Positions 23,301 to 36,300 of a DNA stretch of 64,000 nucleotides are shown here, one piece after another. The DNA lies in contig NW_005434616.1 in the NCBI RefSeq assembly GCF_000315625.1, positions 434,437 to 498,436 of the forward strand, written 5' to 3'. The translations under genes and the position numbers were made by a program. The notes beneath the pieces are model-generated. The model had not been told where the DNA came from and did no database searches. It saw nothing but the letters and a program-made list of their open reading frames with translations. The DNA is from Guillardia theta CCMP2712 (Eukaryota > Protista > Cryptophyta). Positions within the stretch are counted from its first letter, which is position 1. Every line of letters begins with the position of its first letter.

Positions 23301-25435
23301 AGAAAGGCAGCGAGTTAGAAGGAGTCAAGAAGAAAGGCAGAGGAACCAAAGGAGGCAGAAGTTGGTCTGTTGCCAGGAATCTTTCGACTAGTCAGAGGCT
23401 ATTGTAACGCATCAAAGTGACAGGACAAGCTCGGCAGGCGGGTAGTCGATAGAGGCGTGAGGGAGAACGTGAGGTGTGGTGTATCTACTACATGGTCAGT
23501 ATTTACAGTATATCTAAGCTGCGTGTCGTTTGGGAACTATCTCTCGTCTCTCGCGTCCTTGATTTCTCTGTCAGTTCTGTCAGCAAGACATTCGCCTCCT
23601 CCATCTCCCACCTGAGCTGCTGCTGGCTGATGCAGCACCCGGTCACTCCGAGAGTTCTGCAACGACCATGTATTAGAAAACGCCCAGACAGAAAAGTACA
23701 CATGTCAAGACATAGAGAGATAGACATGTCAAGACATAGAGAGATGGACATGTCAAGATGCAAACAGGAGTGTACCACAAGCAGGGGCATCCCCTCGCCG
23801 TTGATCGGATTGACTTCGATCTGAAGGTGGGATTAGAGGAGCAGGAGTGGAGCAAGGGCAGCAAGCAGAACCTCGAGAGCATACATCTCCTCCTCCTTCT
23901 GGTCCTCCTCCTCCTCCTCCGACGTCGCAGAGTCGCTGGCCCTACGTCAGTTTCCTCCCTACCCGTCTGTCACTCCACCTATCATACGGCGCTGAGAATT
24001 CTTCTGAGAGCTTTGACTTGCGGAGAGAGATCGGCTTGGCCAGGAGCCCGGGCACGCCAGACGCTCGTTCCCACACGGTTTGAGGGACTTCTCGTATCGG
24101 CATCTTAGATCGCATGCTGGTGGAGGGGAGAGGCATGTCACTGCTGGATCGCAAGATGTTGGAGTCAGCACCGACTCAAGTATTTGTTGCGAGAAAAGAT
24201 GTTCTGAAGGAAGCCTTCTTGTTTCTTCTCTCGCCCCTGACGCAAACTTAGATTCATCACAAGGACCTTTGCTCACCATGCTCCACTTAGGCAAGTTAAC
24301 CTTGGGCTTCACTTTGACATCCAGCCGAATCTGCTCGAGTTCTGCTGAGGAGTGAGGAGACACTCGCAAGCAAAGGACGCCGGTACTCAGTTCCTGTTCC
24401 CGGAAGGCTCTCAGGTATGGGTCTGCTTCTCTGCAAGGGGTCGTTACTGATCTGTTACGTTATGTTGGGGTGAGAGCAGCTGATCACCTCGAGTCCTCGT
24501 TGAGTTTGTGCCCCTCCATGGCCTCCTTGCGAAAGGAACGATCTACAACGTAAGTGAGCAAGCGAACGAGATTGACGAGCTGATACTATTCATCAAGACG
24601 TTCTTGTAATCTCTTCCTGCAGAACCATAACTTATTTTACATATGCTCCTGATCTCAACGACTGATATCAGAAAACTATCTCAAAAGATCTCAGAACAGA
24701 GTGTTTTCGCACATAAACTCTTCGACGCCCTCGTTAATGAAAGAGTTGGCATGATACTTGTGTCCTGTACGAGCAGGTCTGAAAGAATCTCACCTCGCAT
24801 ATGTTCATTGCAGCAGCACTTACATCTTGGTCCTGGTAGCAACCTTCTGCTTCCTTCCTTCCGCCATTCTTGTAGCGACTTGATCGTCGAACGCGTCTTT
24901 AAAGGCAGAAGCATGCTTGGCCTCAGCGAGCTGGGGAAGAGATAACCTGGCTGGGTCATCCATGGCAGCAAGATGAGCTTCGGATCTGCTGCGGTAGACC
25001 TGGGCATGTGGTCATGCTATGGCACAAGCTTGCTTCCTCCACATGAATCTTGGGTTTGACGTCTCCCTCCTCCTTGCCCTCGTCGTTGCCATCTGTCAAG
25101 AATCAGTCACGAATACCAGGCAAGCTTCGTCCTCACTTCGCTTCGGTTTGGAGTGTCTCCTATGGCCCTTGGGTGATTCTGGTTCGACTTCCCGTGGAAT
25201 CGTTAGTTCCCAGTTCAGCTCCTCCTCAGGACTCTCCTCGTCTGATTGGATTGAAAGATAAGCCTGAACAATCGCTCAGCATGGCTGCAGTAGTACAACA
25301 AGCGATCACCAACGAGCTACAGGACCGCATCTCGGTCTCTTTTCTTGTTTTCTCATCCTGAATCCCACCTTGCTGACCAGAAGCGTAGAAGGAGATGAGG
25401 GAAAGACTGTCGGGAGAAGCTTTCATTGCCTCCAT
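20316..25435 (-). CDS. Large RNI-like leucine-rich repeat protein (NLRC3/LRRC74-like), many exons
   Basis: LRRs: ITLLDLSSNKLGD, LRVLDLSWNHL, LTELDLSYCRISE, LTSLKLDGNPIGD; C-terminal LDLS motifs. Gene ends are approximate. Confidence 0.75.
23699..23758. repeat. 24-bp tandem repeat (CATGTCAAGACATAGAGAGATRGA) x about 2.4
   Basis: Directly visible, probably intronic. Confidence 0.8.
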
Positions 25436-26051
25436 CTCTTTCAATCCTTGCAACACCGCGAGGACACGGTGACAGAAGACTCAAAAGGCTGACGGCAAAC
25501 AGAGAGGGGCATGATGGGAGGATGAGACACCAAAAGTTTTTGTCTTGTCGTCTTCATCTCTTCATCTCTTCTTCTCTCATCTCTTCTTCTCTTCTTCTCT
25601 CGCTCTCTCGCCATTCTTGTGCCTCCATTCGCTCACTGTAGGACCGGCTGGTAGCATCGGCGACAGGCACTACCACCCCGCGCTCACAAGTACCCTACCG
25701 CCTTTCTAATTATTTACCACCCCTGTTCTCTAGTCTCATTCCTTCTTGCGATACCCCACCCACCCCCTTCAGCTGAACCTTATCTCTTTGTTGTCACCCC
25801 CACATCCCCTTGACCAGTTCCAAGTCAGTTTCCCAAAACTCTTCTCCCTCCTCCCTCCTCCCTCCTCCCTCCCTCCTCCCTTCCCCCGTCTCGCCTCCTT
25901 CCCGCCGTCCTTGTCCCGCCCTCCCTCCTCCTCCTCCCCCTCCTTCCTTGTCTCTGCCTCCAGTTTTCTTCCTCTTTCTGTCTTATCTCCTGCTGTTCCT
26001 CTTCATCCTCTCCTTCACTTCACCGCTTTGCCAGCCTAACCGCCATGCCGG

Positions 26052-28893
26052 ATGACCGCGTCAGACCAGGTTCCCGATCTCCTGCGTGTACTCTCTCCTT
26101 CACCGTTCTCTCTGTCTCTCTCTTCCTTCGAGTCAGGAAATAATTCTCAGACATCAAACACACACGCATTCTCTCTTGTCCTCCTTGTCGCAAGTTGGTT
26201 TTTGAAACTTTGTACAGGAAATGGCGTGTATGCTCGAAGATCGGCCAGATTTCGAGAGAGTTTGTTGTATCAGACATTCACAGCTCGCCCCAGCGAGAAG
26301 CAGCGAGAAGTTTTACTGTTTATCTGTCTTCTAGTATGTTTTACACTTGGATGGTTTCTTGGTCGCCCGGGACAAGACGCTTATTTCCTGTCAGAGAGGT
26401 CAGGATGCGGAAACAAATGACGAGACTGACTGACCTGTTGTGATCGAAGAATGAGAGCGAAGATCCTGCACGGCTCAGGATGCTACAACGTCTCCAGCTG
26501 GGAGGATCTCGTCGACATCGTCCAACTGTGGGAGTGGCTGCAGGGGCAATTCATCCCCTCCATCTACTATCAAGACACTCCCAGCAGCGGGCTGGGAAAC
26601 GTGCTGGGTTACAACTACCTCATAGGAACGATCCGGCTGCGACAGGTGTACCACCTGGAGGACCTCGAGAGCTTTTGGCTGATGGTGTGGCCAGGTCAGA
26701 GGAAAGGCTGCGAACTGCGAGAGCTTGCCCGAATGGTTGAATCATTCGCTATTCTCGCAGAGCTCCATCTCCTGCTATCCGAGGTGGGCGAGGCTTTCAG
26801 GCTTCGAGTAGCGCGATGTGACTAGCAGATGCCAGCATCACCACGAGGAACGCGGACCATCAGTCGTACGGGCTGCCAGTAGCTGTCGAGACCTGCTGTG
26901 AAGCTACTGACTTGACAACAGGCTCTCCCGTTCGTGTGGAGTCCTGGGGATCCTTTTGGGGACACGATAAGCACTCAGGTCTTGTGCTGTACCTGCTGAG
27001 AGCTCTGATGGCTGAGACAGTTCGGCGAGTATGAAACCGGCGGCTTCATCATGGAATTCCCTCAATACAACGCGAGCAAAGCGCAAGACATTCTGTCGTT
27101 TCATAAACGTGAGCTTGTTGAGGAAGGAGGCTCGTGGTGAAGACAAGGGCAGTGCATGGCTGGCTTGACGTCAACTCGAGACTCGTTCGGATCAGCGCCA
27201 CCTTCTTCAACCCCTCCCTCCAGCTGGTGAGCATGGACGAGACGAGGACAGCAGTGACTTGATCGCTCAGTGTCTCTTCATGTCGCTAACGGCAGAGATG
27301 CCTCCGTTCGGAGGGCTCGTGACCTCTTCGAGCTTCATCGCTCTTCCTCTCAAGATGTACCAGGGTACTCGATGACCTCAACCCCTCCAGCTGTGACTCC
27401 AACTACGACAGGAGTCACAGGAGTCTTCAAACTGATCTTTCAGCTGCTCTTCTGCGCCATCGAGCTGAAGTTTCTCTTTGACGAGTACCTAGCAGCCAAG
27501 GAGCTGGGGTTTGAGGTCAGCGGGTAGGGGGCGAGCCTGCAAGTCTGACGTTGAGCAGTACATCAAGAGGTTTTGGGGTTGGGTCCGCCTCATCGAGTGC
27601 GGCCTCATCGCCGCCATCGCCGCCATCCGCATCAGCTCCTTGTCTATGGTGGACCAGCAGTACGCAAACCTCAACACCTCGTCCGTCTCCAGCACCTACA
27701 TCGACCTCCAACGCATCCCGAGGCTGACGACGTCTGACAACAACCTCGTCGTTGCCCTGTCCATCCTTCTCTTCGCGCGGCTCTTCAAGTACGCGACCTT
27801 CTATGATGGGGCTGATCACTTGTTTCGAGTAGTCGCAAGAGCTCTGCTGGAAGTGGTTCCCTTCTTCGTCTTCTTCAGCATCGTCTTCATCATGTACACC
27901 CTTGGCTGTTACACCCTCTTCGGAGACAAGTCTGTCAACTTCCGGAGCTTCACAACGTCGGTTCAGAGCATGATGTTCATCATGATGGGAGACTCTTCCG
28001 TGTACAAGGAGATGGCGGCCATCGACGACTCTCTCACGCCGCTTCTTGTCTACTCTTTCCTGACCGTTCAGTTCGTCTTGTGCCTTAATATGTTCACAGC
28101 CATCATGGTACACACGCACGCAAGAGTCAAGTCAGAGCTGGACAAGGAGCCCGAGGACGCGTTCAGGGAGCAGCTGGACGGCTTGATCAAACTTCTGCGA
28201 CGCTCCCTCGGCAAGGTGGAGCCGGAAGAGAACGAGGAAATCGAGAACGAGCTCGAGGACGAGATTGCGCGAGTGTCCAGCGACGCGTGAGGAGGATGGA
28301 GGAGGTGGGGCGTTGCTGACTAAGGGGCAGGCAAGACGGGAGGGCTGAGAAGGAGGGGAGAGGAGGAGAGAGGATATTCAATCGCATCCCTTCCAATGGG
28401 TCGAACTATGCTGAGGTGCGTGCTGCCCCTGCTGCTTCTTCGCGCTGAGGAGAGCGCAGGTGATCAAAGCTGCTCCCATGCTCGAGGGAGGCGACAACGA
28501 GCTGAGCTCCATCGTCAACCGCAAGGTACCTCGACCTCCTCGGATCCACGAGTTGCTGTTACCTGCTACATCCTTCTCCTCCTCTTTCACTCTTCCGCTT
28601 GTCAGTCTCTACTCGCTGACTTGGAGCAGCTTCAGAGGATTGAGAGTCAACTGACGTCTCTGGAGAGCGTCAAGCTCAACGTGCTCGCGCTCTCCGACCG
28701 TCTCAACGCTCTGACTGAGTTCCTTGTGTCCGACCCCTCCCGCCTCCGCTCCTCCAAGCAGATCGACGCTATCAGCCGCAAGCTCGACATTCTCTCCGAG
28801 ACCCTCGCCGGGGCCGACCCGTCAGCCCGTCCGAGCCTGGGCGAGATGAAGGAGGCAGAGGTGACGGTAGAGGAGTCGGACTGGAACGAATGA
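26052..28893 (+). CDS. PKD2: Polycystin-2 / PKD2-like TRP cation channel
   Basis: Motifs LWEWLQGQFIPSIY, NYLIGTIRLRQVR, GGF...WLDVNSR...FNP, RLFKY, LFG...FRSFTTS, LNMFTAI, plus a C-terminal coiled coil. Confidence 0.88.
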
Positions 28894-29002
28894 GTCAAGC
28901 ATGTAACTTGTCACTCTATCTTGTACATAGACGTTTAAACTTAACTTGAACATTTCATGGCTCGATCTGATACAGACTCGCTAACTCTTTACCATCTTCT
29001 CC

Positions 29003-31359
29003 TCACTGCATCGCACAATCCTGCCCAACTTTCTCTGCCAGATAATCCGCCAACACGCTCTTCAATGCTCTGCCACTCGTGTGAGTGAGCGAGACGAAAG
29101 CAAACGAGGAGGAGAAGGCAAGAGGAGAAGGGAAGGCGAGCAGAGGACTGCGAGCTGAGCAAGAGGCTCAGGGAGGAGGACTAACTTGATTTCCTTGAGC
29201 ATATGCTCCAAGTCTAGCAGCCCGTCCTTGTACCTGCAGCTGCCTATCATCGAGGACGCGGGGGAGGAAGAGCAGAACAGGTCAAATCACCCTGATGCTG
29301 CGAGCTTGTCTGAGCGCACAGGAGAGGATAAGAGAGAGGCGACGGCAGGAGCAGAGCCAGCGAGCATCTGACGGAGCTGCATGGCAAACTGACACGCGCC
29401 AGTGAGCAGCTGGAAAGAGAACAAGGAAAAGGACATCAAGACAAGGATGAAGAGGAGGCGGCCAAATGCGAGGCGGAGCGATGATGAAGCGGGAAGGAAA
29501 GGGAATAAGTAGGAGGAGGATTGAGGACGAGAGGACAGAGGGGAGGAGGGTCACCGAGGAGAGCTCAAGGCGGCACTGAAGAGCTTTGCTGCTCATCTCC
29601 GCCATCTCTCGCGATACTTTCAGTTCGAGAGCGAAGGCTTCTGACGAGTTTCGCGCCTCCTCCATTTCCTCCCTGAGGTCCTGCACCTTGCTCTTCTCAG
29701 CTCGCAGCTGCTCCCTGCAGGCGTGCAGCTGGTCGGTCAACTGCATCTCGTGAGGTTGCGGGGGAGGAGGCGGAGAGAGACCTCAAGGATGAGATCTTTC
29801 TGCTGCTTCTCGACTGTCGACAGGTTGCTGTGCGAGCTCTGCATAGTCTCCTGTCCTGCCGGTCAGTCTGATTGTCTAGAGCAGCAGCGACGTCACCAGC
29901 TCTCGTCTCAGGTTGGCACAGTCGCTCTCAAGCACGTCGATGTAGGTCTGAGCGTCTCTCTTCGCAACTTGCATCTCCTCGACCTTACAGAAAGATGAGC
30001 GGGAGACAAGGAGGAGGAGGAGGAGGAGGAGGAGGAGGAGGAGGAGGAGGAGGAGGAGGAGGAGGAGGAGGAGGAGGAGGAGGAGGAGAAGGAGGAGGAG
30101 GTGAAGGAGGAGGAGGAGGAGGAGGAGGAGGAGAAACCTGCTGGGAGAGATGCTTGATGCTTCCATTGAGCTCGGAGACTTGTTCTTTATGCTGCAACAC
30201 TTCCTGTTCTCTAGTCACCTGCTCCTTCTGCAATCTTGATCGGACCTGACAAGCAGTAGTCAGACAGTGAGATGTACTTGCTTGACAACCAGACTGAGTT
30301 CGTGGAGAGTTTCTTTCAGCACGCCTGCAATGTCTGACCGCTGCTGTTTGTCAGAGTTGCTCTCGTCCGTCTGCACTTCTTGGTTTTGAGTCTTTACAGC
30401 AAGATCTTGGTCTCTTCGTCCACTCACGGCATGTGACAAAATCTGTGCAGGTGTGAAGATGGCAAACAGACAGAGCAAGGAGTAAATCATCAGCGGCACA
30501 ACAGACTTGCCTACCTCGTTTGCAGATTCGTTGGAAATTTGTGCCCGCAGTCTTTCATGCATGGCTTGTTCTTGCAGTTGCTGGATGAGAACATTTACAT
30601 CCGGCAGACATGCTGTCGCCTCCTCCCTCTGCCCCGACATCCTCGTCTCCTCCACATCCCCGTGAGAATCGTCAGGCCGGTTGACCTGCTCGTCCATCCA
30701 GTCGTCGAACATGTGCGAGTCCAGGACGTTGGAGGAGCGAGAGAAACGGGACGATTCTCTCCTCACCGAGTAAGAGTAGGACCTCGACGCGGCTTCAGCA
30801 AACGCTCTCTTCGCCTCCCAGCTCATCGGTATGTGATTCTCGTGCTCACGTGACAGCTCCCGCATGGACAAGGCAGGTCCCTGCTCCCCCAGGGCCCCAA
30901 CGTGTGCGATGCTGGGCCTTGTCTCGCTCCCCATCTCTCTGACTTTCCTGTCTGTCTGACGAGTCACCGAGAGCACCCAACAAGATCTACGAGACCTGCG
31001 AAAGCTCCATCGCTTCTCACATGCCTGGCTGCCGCCTCCTCCAACTCGTCTCGAGCTAGAGAAGGAATGTGAATGTTGTACTTCCTCAGAAGACCAAGCT
31101 CCTCCTCCCCGAGTTTGAGAAGAGGTCGCATCGATCTCTCTCCCTCCCTCGTCCTCCTTTCCTGTTCCTTGTCATGGTCGTCTTCCCTATAGATCCTCGT
31201 CTTGGCAAAGCTTGGCCCGTCCCTGCTCGCATACCTTCGCGTCCTCCTCGCTTCCTCAAAGCTGTCCTCCTCCTCGTCAAAGCTCCTGTCCTTGAGTGAT
31301 GGCGGGAGAGGAAGCGGCTGGTCAGCGAGTCTCCGAAGTTCTTGACGGAGCCGCTGCAT
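29003..31359 (-). CDS. Hypothetical coiled-coil protein, multi-exon
   Basis: E/Q/K/L-rich heptad exons (MQLTDQLHACREQLRAEKSKVQDLREEMEE); start codon uncertain. Confidence 0.65.
30009..30132. repeat. (GGA)n microsatellite, intronic
   Basis: About 40 near-perfect triplet units. Confidence 0.95.
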
Positions 31360-31417
31360 TGCGCCGAGCTGCAAAGAAAAAGATTCGTCAATGAGCGACT
31401 TCCCCCCTACCACGATT

Positions 31418-31745
31418 TCTCTCTCCTCTCCTCTCCTCTCCCTCGCTCCCTCCTCTCCCTCCTCTCCCTCCTCTCCCTCGCTCACTCTCTCCCTCCTCTC
31501 CTCTCCTCTCCACTCCTCTCCTCTCCCTCGCTCCCTCGCTCCCTCGCTCCTCTCCTCTCCTCTCCTCTCCTCTCCTCTCCTCTCCTCTCCTCTCCCTCGC
31601 TCCCTCGCTCCCTCTCTCCTCTCCTCTCCTCTCCTCTCCTCTCCTCTCCTCTCCCTCGCTCCCTCTCTCCTCTTCTCTCCTCTCCTCTCCCCTCCTCTCC
31701 TCTCCTCTCCTCTCCTCTCCTCTCCCTCGCTCGCTCCTCTCGCTC
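31418..31745. repeat. Polypyrimidine (CTCTC/CTCCCTCG)n low-complexity tract
   Basis: Directly visible. Confidence 0.9.
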
Positions 31746-32039
31746 TGTTCTTCCACTCTAGGACATTAAATTTCGAGCATATCATTTGCTATGACGGTTT
31801 TGCTGTCTTTCAGAGATCGGTTGCAAGAACTGCGACAATGGGCGCAAACGAGATGGAGGGTGAAGGAGCGGGGAGAGCTCATGCAGAAGGAAGAGGAAGA
31901 GAGAGACGAGAGCTCATGCAGAAGAAAGAGGAAGAGAGAGACAGGAGGGAGGGAGAGGTCGGAACTCTTCTTGTTAGTTCCAAGTCTATTGGCAGACCAT
32001 GAAATCGACTAAGTTCAACAGATTTATTAGTCGAGATGC

Positions 32040-32314
32040 TTCATGATATGATCTAGCTCCATCTAGTTTGATTCAACTCCTTCATAAGATCTTCATGATA
32101 TGATCTAGCTCCATCTAGTTTGATTCCACTCCTTCATAAGATCTTCATGATATGATCTAGCTCCATCTAGTTTGATTCCACTCCTTCATAAGATCTTCAT
32201 AATTGATCTAGCTTCATCCAGCTTCATCTAGCTTGGTTCCAATCTTTCATTAGATCTTCATGATATGATCTAGCTTCATCTAACTTGATTCCTCTCCTTC
32301 ATTAGATCTTCATG
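32040..32314 (+). repeat. 52-bp tandem repeat, about 5 copies (TTCATGATATGATCTAGCTCCATCTAGTTTGATTCCACTCCTTCATAAGATC)
   Basis: Units start at 32040, 32092, 32144 and so on; the last partial unit contains the MMAB ATG. Confidence 0.92.
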
Positions 32315-33311
32315 TTGTCGATCCATCGTCGAGCCCTCTGGTCGCTGCTGCCTGTTGCCCGCTCAAGCGCTCCAGCTGTGTTGAGCGCCACCTCCAGGCT
32401 AGCGGGGTCGAGGTTGCAGAGGTTCGAAGCAGCAGCGACGGCAAGGCAGGTATCAGTGTACACGAGGACAGGGGACAAGGGCAAGTCGAGTCTCTACAAC
32501 GGCGAGCGAAGACGCAAGGACGACAAGATCTTCCATGCGCTGGGAGACATCGATGAGCTGAACTCGGCGGTGGGAATCGGGAAGGAGATGATAATCAAGG
32601 AGAAGGTTGAGGACGACATTCTGCTTGCTCGCCTGGAAGACATCCAGTGACTTCCAAGTCTTTATGTGCAACTCGGCAGCTCATGAGCTTGCTAGATGTC
32701 GCCTGCTAGACCTTGGAGCTCACATCGCCACGCCGACGAGCGAAAAGACGGCTGAGAAGGTGAAGAGGATGAAGGTAGAAGACGTCTGGGTGGATGATCT
32801 CGAGCTTTGGATCGACGAGATGGACAAGTATTCCTCCTATCTCCTATGCCTCCACCTGCTTCCCTTGCTCCCTCTCTCATCGTGTCTTGTATCTCTTAGG
32901 GAGCTCCCGCCCCTCAAGAACTTCATCCTCCCCTCCGGGGGGCTTGCAAGTGCAACGCTACACAACGCGAGGACTGTCTGCAGGTTGAGGAGGGGCAGCA
33001 GGGGCGGGAAGGGGAGTGGAGGGGGAGTAGCAAGGGAGCGGTCAAGAGTCTGTTGACGCCTCTTGTTCGGCAGGCGGGCTGAGAGGAACGTCGTGGCGCT
33101 GCAGCAGGACGAGCAAGCAGTCATCGACGCGTCGGCCGTGCGCTACCTGAACCGACTCTCCGACTTTCTCTTCGTCTCTGCTCGTCGCTGGTGACTAGCT
33201 GGAGATTGAGCTTGGGTTGTGCTGAGGGTCAGTTGATGCAGCGCCAAGTTAGCGGGGAAGCCCGAAGCCTTGTACCAGAGCGGCCATGGCCTCAAGACGC
33301 GCTCGCACTGA
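32312..33311 (+). CDS. MMAB: ATP:cob(I)alamin adenosyltransferase (PduO/MMAB type), mitochondrial presequence
   Basis: Motifs VYTRTGDKGKSSL, ALGDIDELNS, LPPLKNFILPSGG, LHNARTVCRRAER and YLNRLSDFLFVSAR. Confidence 0.95.
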
Positions 33312-33396
33312 TACGTCAGGTTCACTCACGTCACGGACCCAACGCGCTACTTCGAGCAAGTGCCCTCCTCCCTTCCTCCGCGCTATCCCTGAGCGT

Positions 33397-36300
33397 TCAA
33401 GCCCCGCCTGTTCCAGGCCATCTCCACTCCTTCCCTTCTTCCTGTTGTTGCAGCATGAGCGATGCAGGTAAAGCAGCACAGGACTTCACCTTGTGAGTGT
33501 ACCTCTCCTCCCACACGCCCTTCTCCTTGCTCGTTATCATGATGATATGTACATGGAAACTCTCGTCCTTGTCGAGGCGAATTACTTTCGCCGGAACCCA
33601 TTCCACCTCTTCAGTTTCAGGGTCCTGCACCTCAACCTCGATGATAGCCCCGAGCTTGATCTCTCTGACAACAGCGTTAGCTTCGCGACTTCAAGTCTCG
33701 TTTCAAACCTGTCGAAGATCTCGGGGATCTTGTACATGCCCGTGCTGCTGTCAACGCCCGCGTTCTCCTTGATCCGCTTCAAGTCCGACTGTCTTTCTTG
33801 CGCTTCGCTCAGAGCAGCCTTGCCGTCAGCACTCTGAAGTTTCTCGACGAAGCGATCGAAGTAGAGGTCGAAGGGCAGGGTGAGGGGGTACCGCACCCAC
33901 ATCTCCTCGTGAGTCCCAAACAGCAGCACGAGGCTCTTGCCCACGTTTCTCCTCGCGATCTCTTCAGGAACGAAGCAAACTTCTGCTGGCCATGGCTGTG
34001 ACCAGTGCGAATCCATCTTCACCCAGACCAGATTTCCGCTCCTCCTCGCGTTGCTGGAAGATACGATAGCATTTGCATCCTCGTCCTCGTTGTCGACAGC
34101 GTCTTCAAAGTTATACCCGGCGTCCAACATGTAAACGATAGAAGCTACTCCCGAGGTAGTCATGGCAAATTCGTCTAGGGTGTATGATCTTGAGAGGATC
34201 AGTTCAATCTCCTCTTCTAGCTCGTTTTCCTTCTTTCTCGCCTCCTCTATCTCCGCCAGGGCATTCCGAGAACCCTCCGAGTTGCCGGTGTAAGTTACCC
34301 TCGACGATCTTCGCACCACGTCGTCTCTCGTCTCAATCCCCTTCTCTTTGCCCTGCAGCCCCCCCAGCTCGCCTGAGACATTGGAGACGACCTGCAGGAG
34401 TTCGATCGATCCCTCGCACAGGGCGAATGCTTGCGACATTGCCTGCGCATAGTCCGCACTGTCATCGTTCTCGTTGAAGATGTCCAGGTACTCGAGGAAA
34501 TTCCTCGTCGAGTGAAGTTCACCCCAGAAGAACTCCTTCCGCACCAGCGAGAAGAGCAGCACGAGGCGGCTCGGGCCCACAGTATCCGCCTGCGTGTTGG
34601 GCGGGATTTGCAGGTGATCTAAGACGCGAAGTTCCTGCTGGGCCTTGTCCTCGAGGAGCACACAAGGCCACCAGGAGCTCGAGAGCCGAACCCACACGCA
34701 CGTCAAGTCAGACTTGCTCTGCTTCGACAAGCCGCTCCCCCCCTGCTCCCCCCAACGACTGCGCGACTCTTCCGGCAAGTACTGCCAGAACTTGCTGATG
34801 TTCTTGAGCTTGGAATGAAATGAGCCGTCTGAGTGCGTCACTTTCAACTTCACACTCATTGCTCGCACAAAGTTCTGCGGAAGTTGCGTGAGGTTCATCG
34901 GATCAAGAGGAGCGAGGGAACAGACCTGGAACCCGTTCATCATGAGCAGCTTCGACCTCGACAGGGCCGTAGCTTCACTGCTTGCCGCCTTGTCATCAGA
35001 TGAAGGCACTCCCTTCTTTCCCGGCTTCTGCTGCTCCAAGTCCTCACTGGAGTCGACTGACCGCGAGGTCTCAACAGAACGAGTTCGTTTCTTGGGCTGC
35101 AAGTCGAAGGCGGTGTTTCTTGCCTTGTCTTTCTTGCCCTTCTTGTCTCTTTTCGTTTGTGCGCGAGGCTCCTCCTCCTCTTGGCTCTTCTTTGACTGTC
35201 GAGAGCTCGTGGAGTCGTCGGTATCCTGGTTCCATCGGATGTCATCGAGTGACAAGGCACATGGGATCAGAGAACCTTGGTCTTCCTTGACTTTGACGGG
35301 ATCGACTCCTTGCCCTTCCGTTCTTTCTGATTCATTTCCTGACACTTGAGTTATGTGCAACGCAGGAGAAGAACAGAAATCGAAGGACCTTTGAGAACGA
35401 GACATTCCCTTGAGGTCGCTCATCAGTCCTATCAAAGCTTGTCAGACTCGTTAACTCTTTCGCACGCTCCCACGTGTCCATCGCCTCGTCTCCTCGTCCT
35501 TTGGCCGCATCTTGCTCCTTTCCTCCATTTTTTTCCGTCGCATTTGACAGGTCACCGTCCTCCACGTCCTTGAGCCGCTTCGGAAGAGCCTTCCACTTTT
35601 GCTTCATCCATGATGACTCGATGAACGCTTCTAAGTAGAGCACGGCCGTCGCCACGTCCTCGAGCGACCTGGAGTACTTGACCAGGTGGGTCCAGTGGTA
35701 TCTCTTCTCCTTGGTCCAGTAGGGCATTGCCTTGTCGGGGATCGCAGCCTCAAGGTCCAGCAAGCTCCGCCTCAGAAAGCTCAACTCGCTCGGCAGGTCG
35801 ACGGGAGTTTTCCTCATGATGGCTGCCATGATCGCCAGGAACTCTTGGAAGCAGACGTAGCCCTCGCACGGTGAGGGCCCAGCAAGCGCGAGCAAAGTCG
35901 TCAAGTGCTCGCTCGACACGACGAGCTCGCAGGCCTCAAGCGCATCGATAAGTGACCTCAAGTCAATCATGTCGGAGAAACCCTTGTGGTACGACGGCCG
36001 ATCTCCCAAGATGCAGCGAGCCCTGATCTCAGCCTCCAGCTTCGTGAAAGCATCACTGTTTCCATTCAAGATCTGCTCAAAGTCCTCGAGGTGCTGCTTC
36101 CATGTCTTTGCAGCATGTCCAGGCTGTTTCTTTCGTCCCTTAGAGACGGGTTGGTGATACATATCACGGTCAATCGTCAGGTATGTCATGGGGCAGCGCC
36201 AGTGAGTTCGAGGATTGTGAGTCTCTCCAGTCACGTTGCAGGTCTCTTCAGATTCATCCACATCCAAGAAATCCAATGCGTGCAAATCGCCACTCCTCAA

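Noticed and set aside
29872-31785. Poly-G/P/L and EERRG ORFs
   Set aside because: They are translations of intronic or UTR microsatellites.
32040-32314. CRISPR-like array
   Set aside because: Units are contiguous with no unique spacers, there are no cas genes, and the context is eukaryotic.
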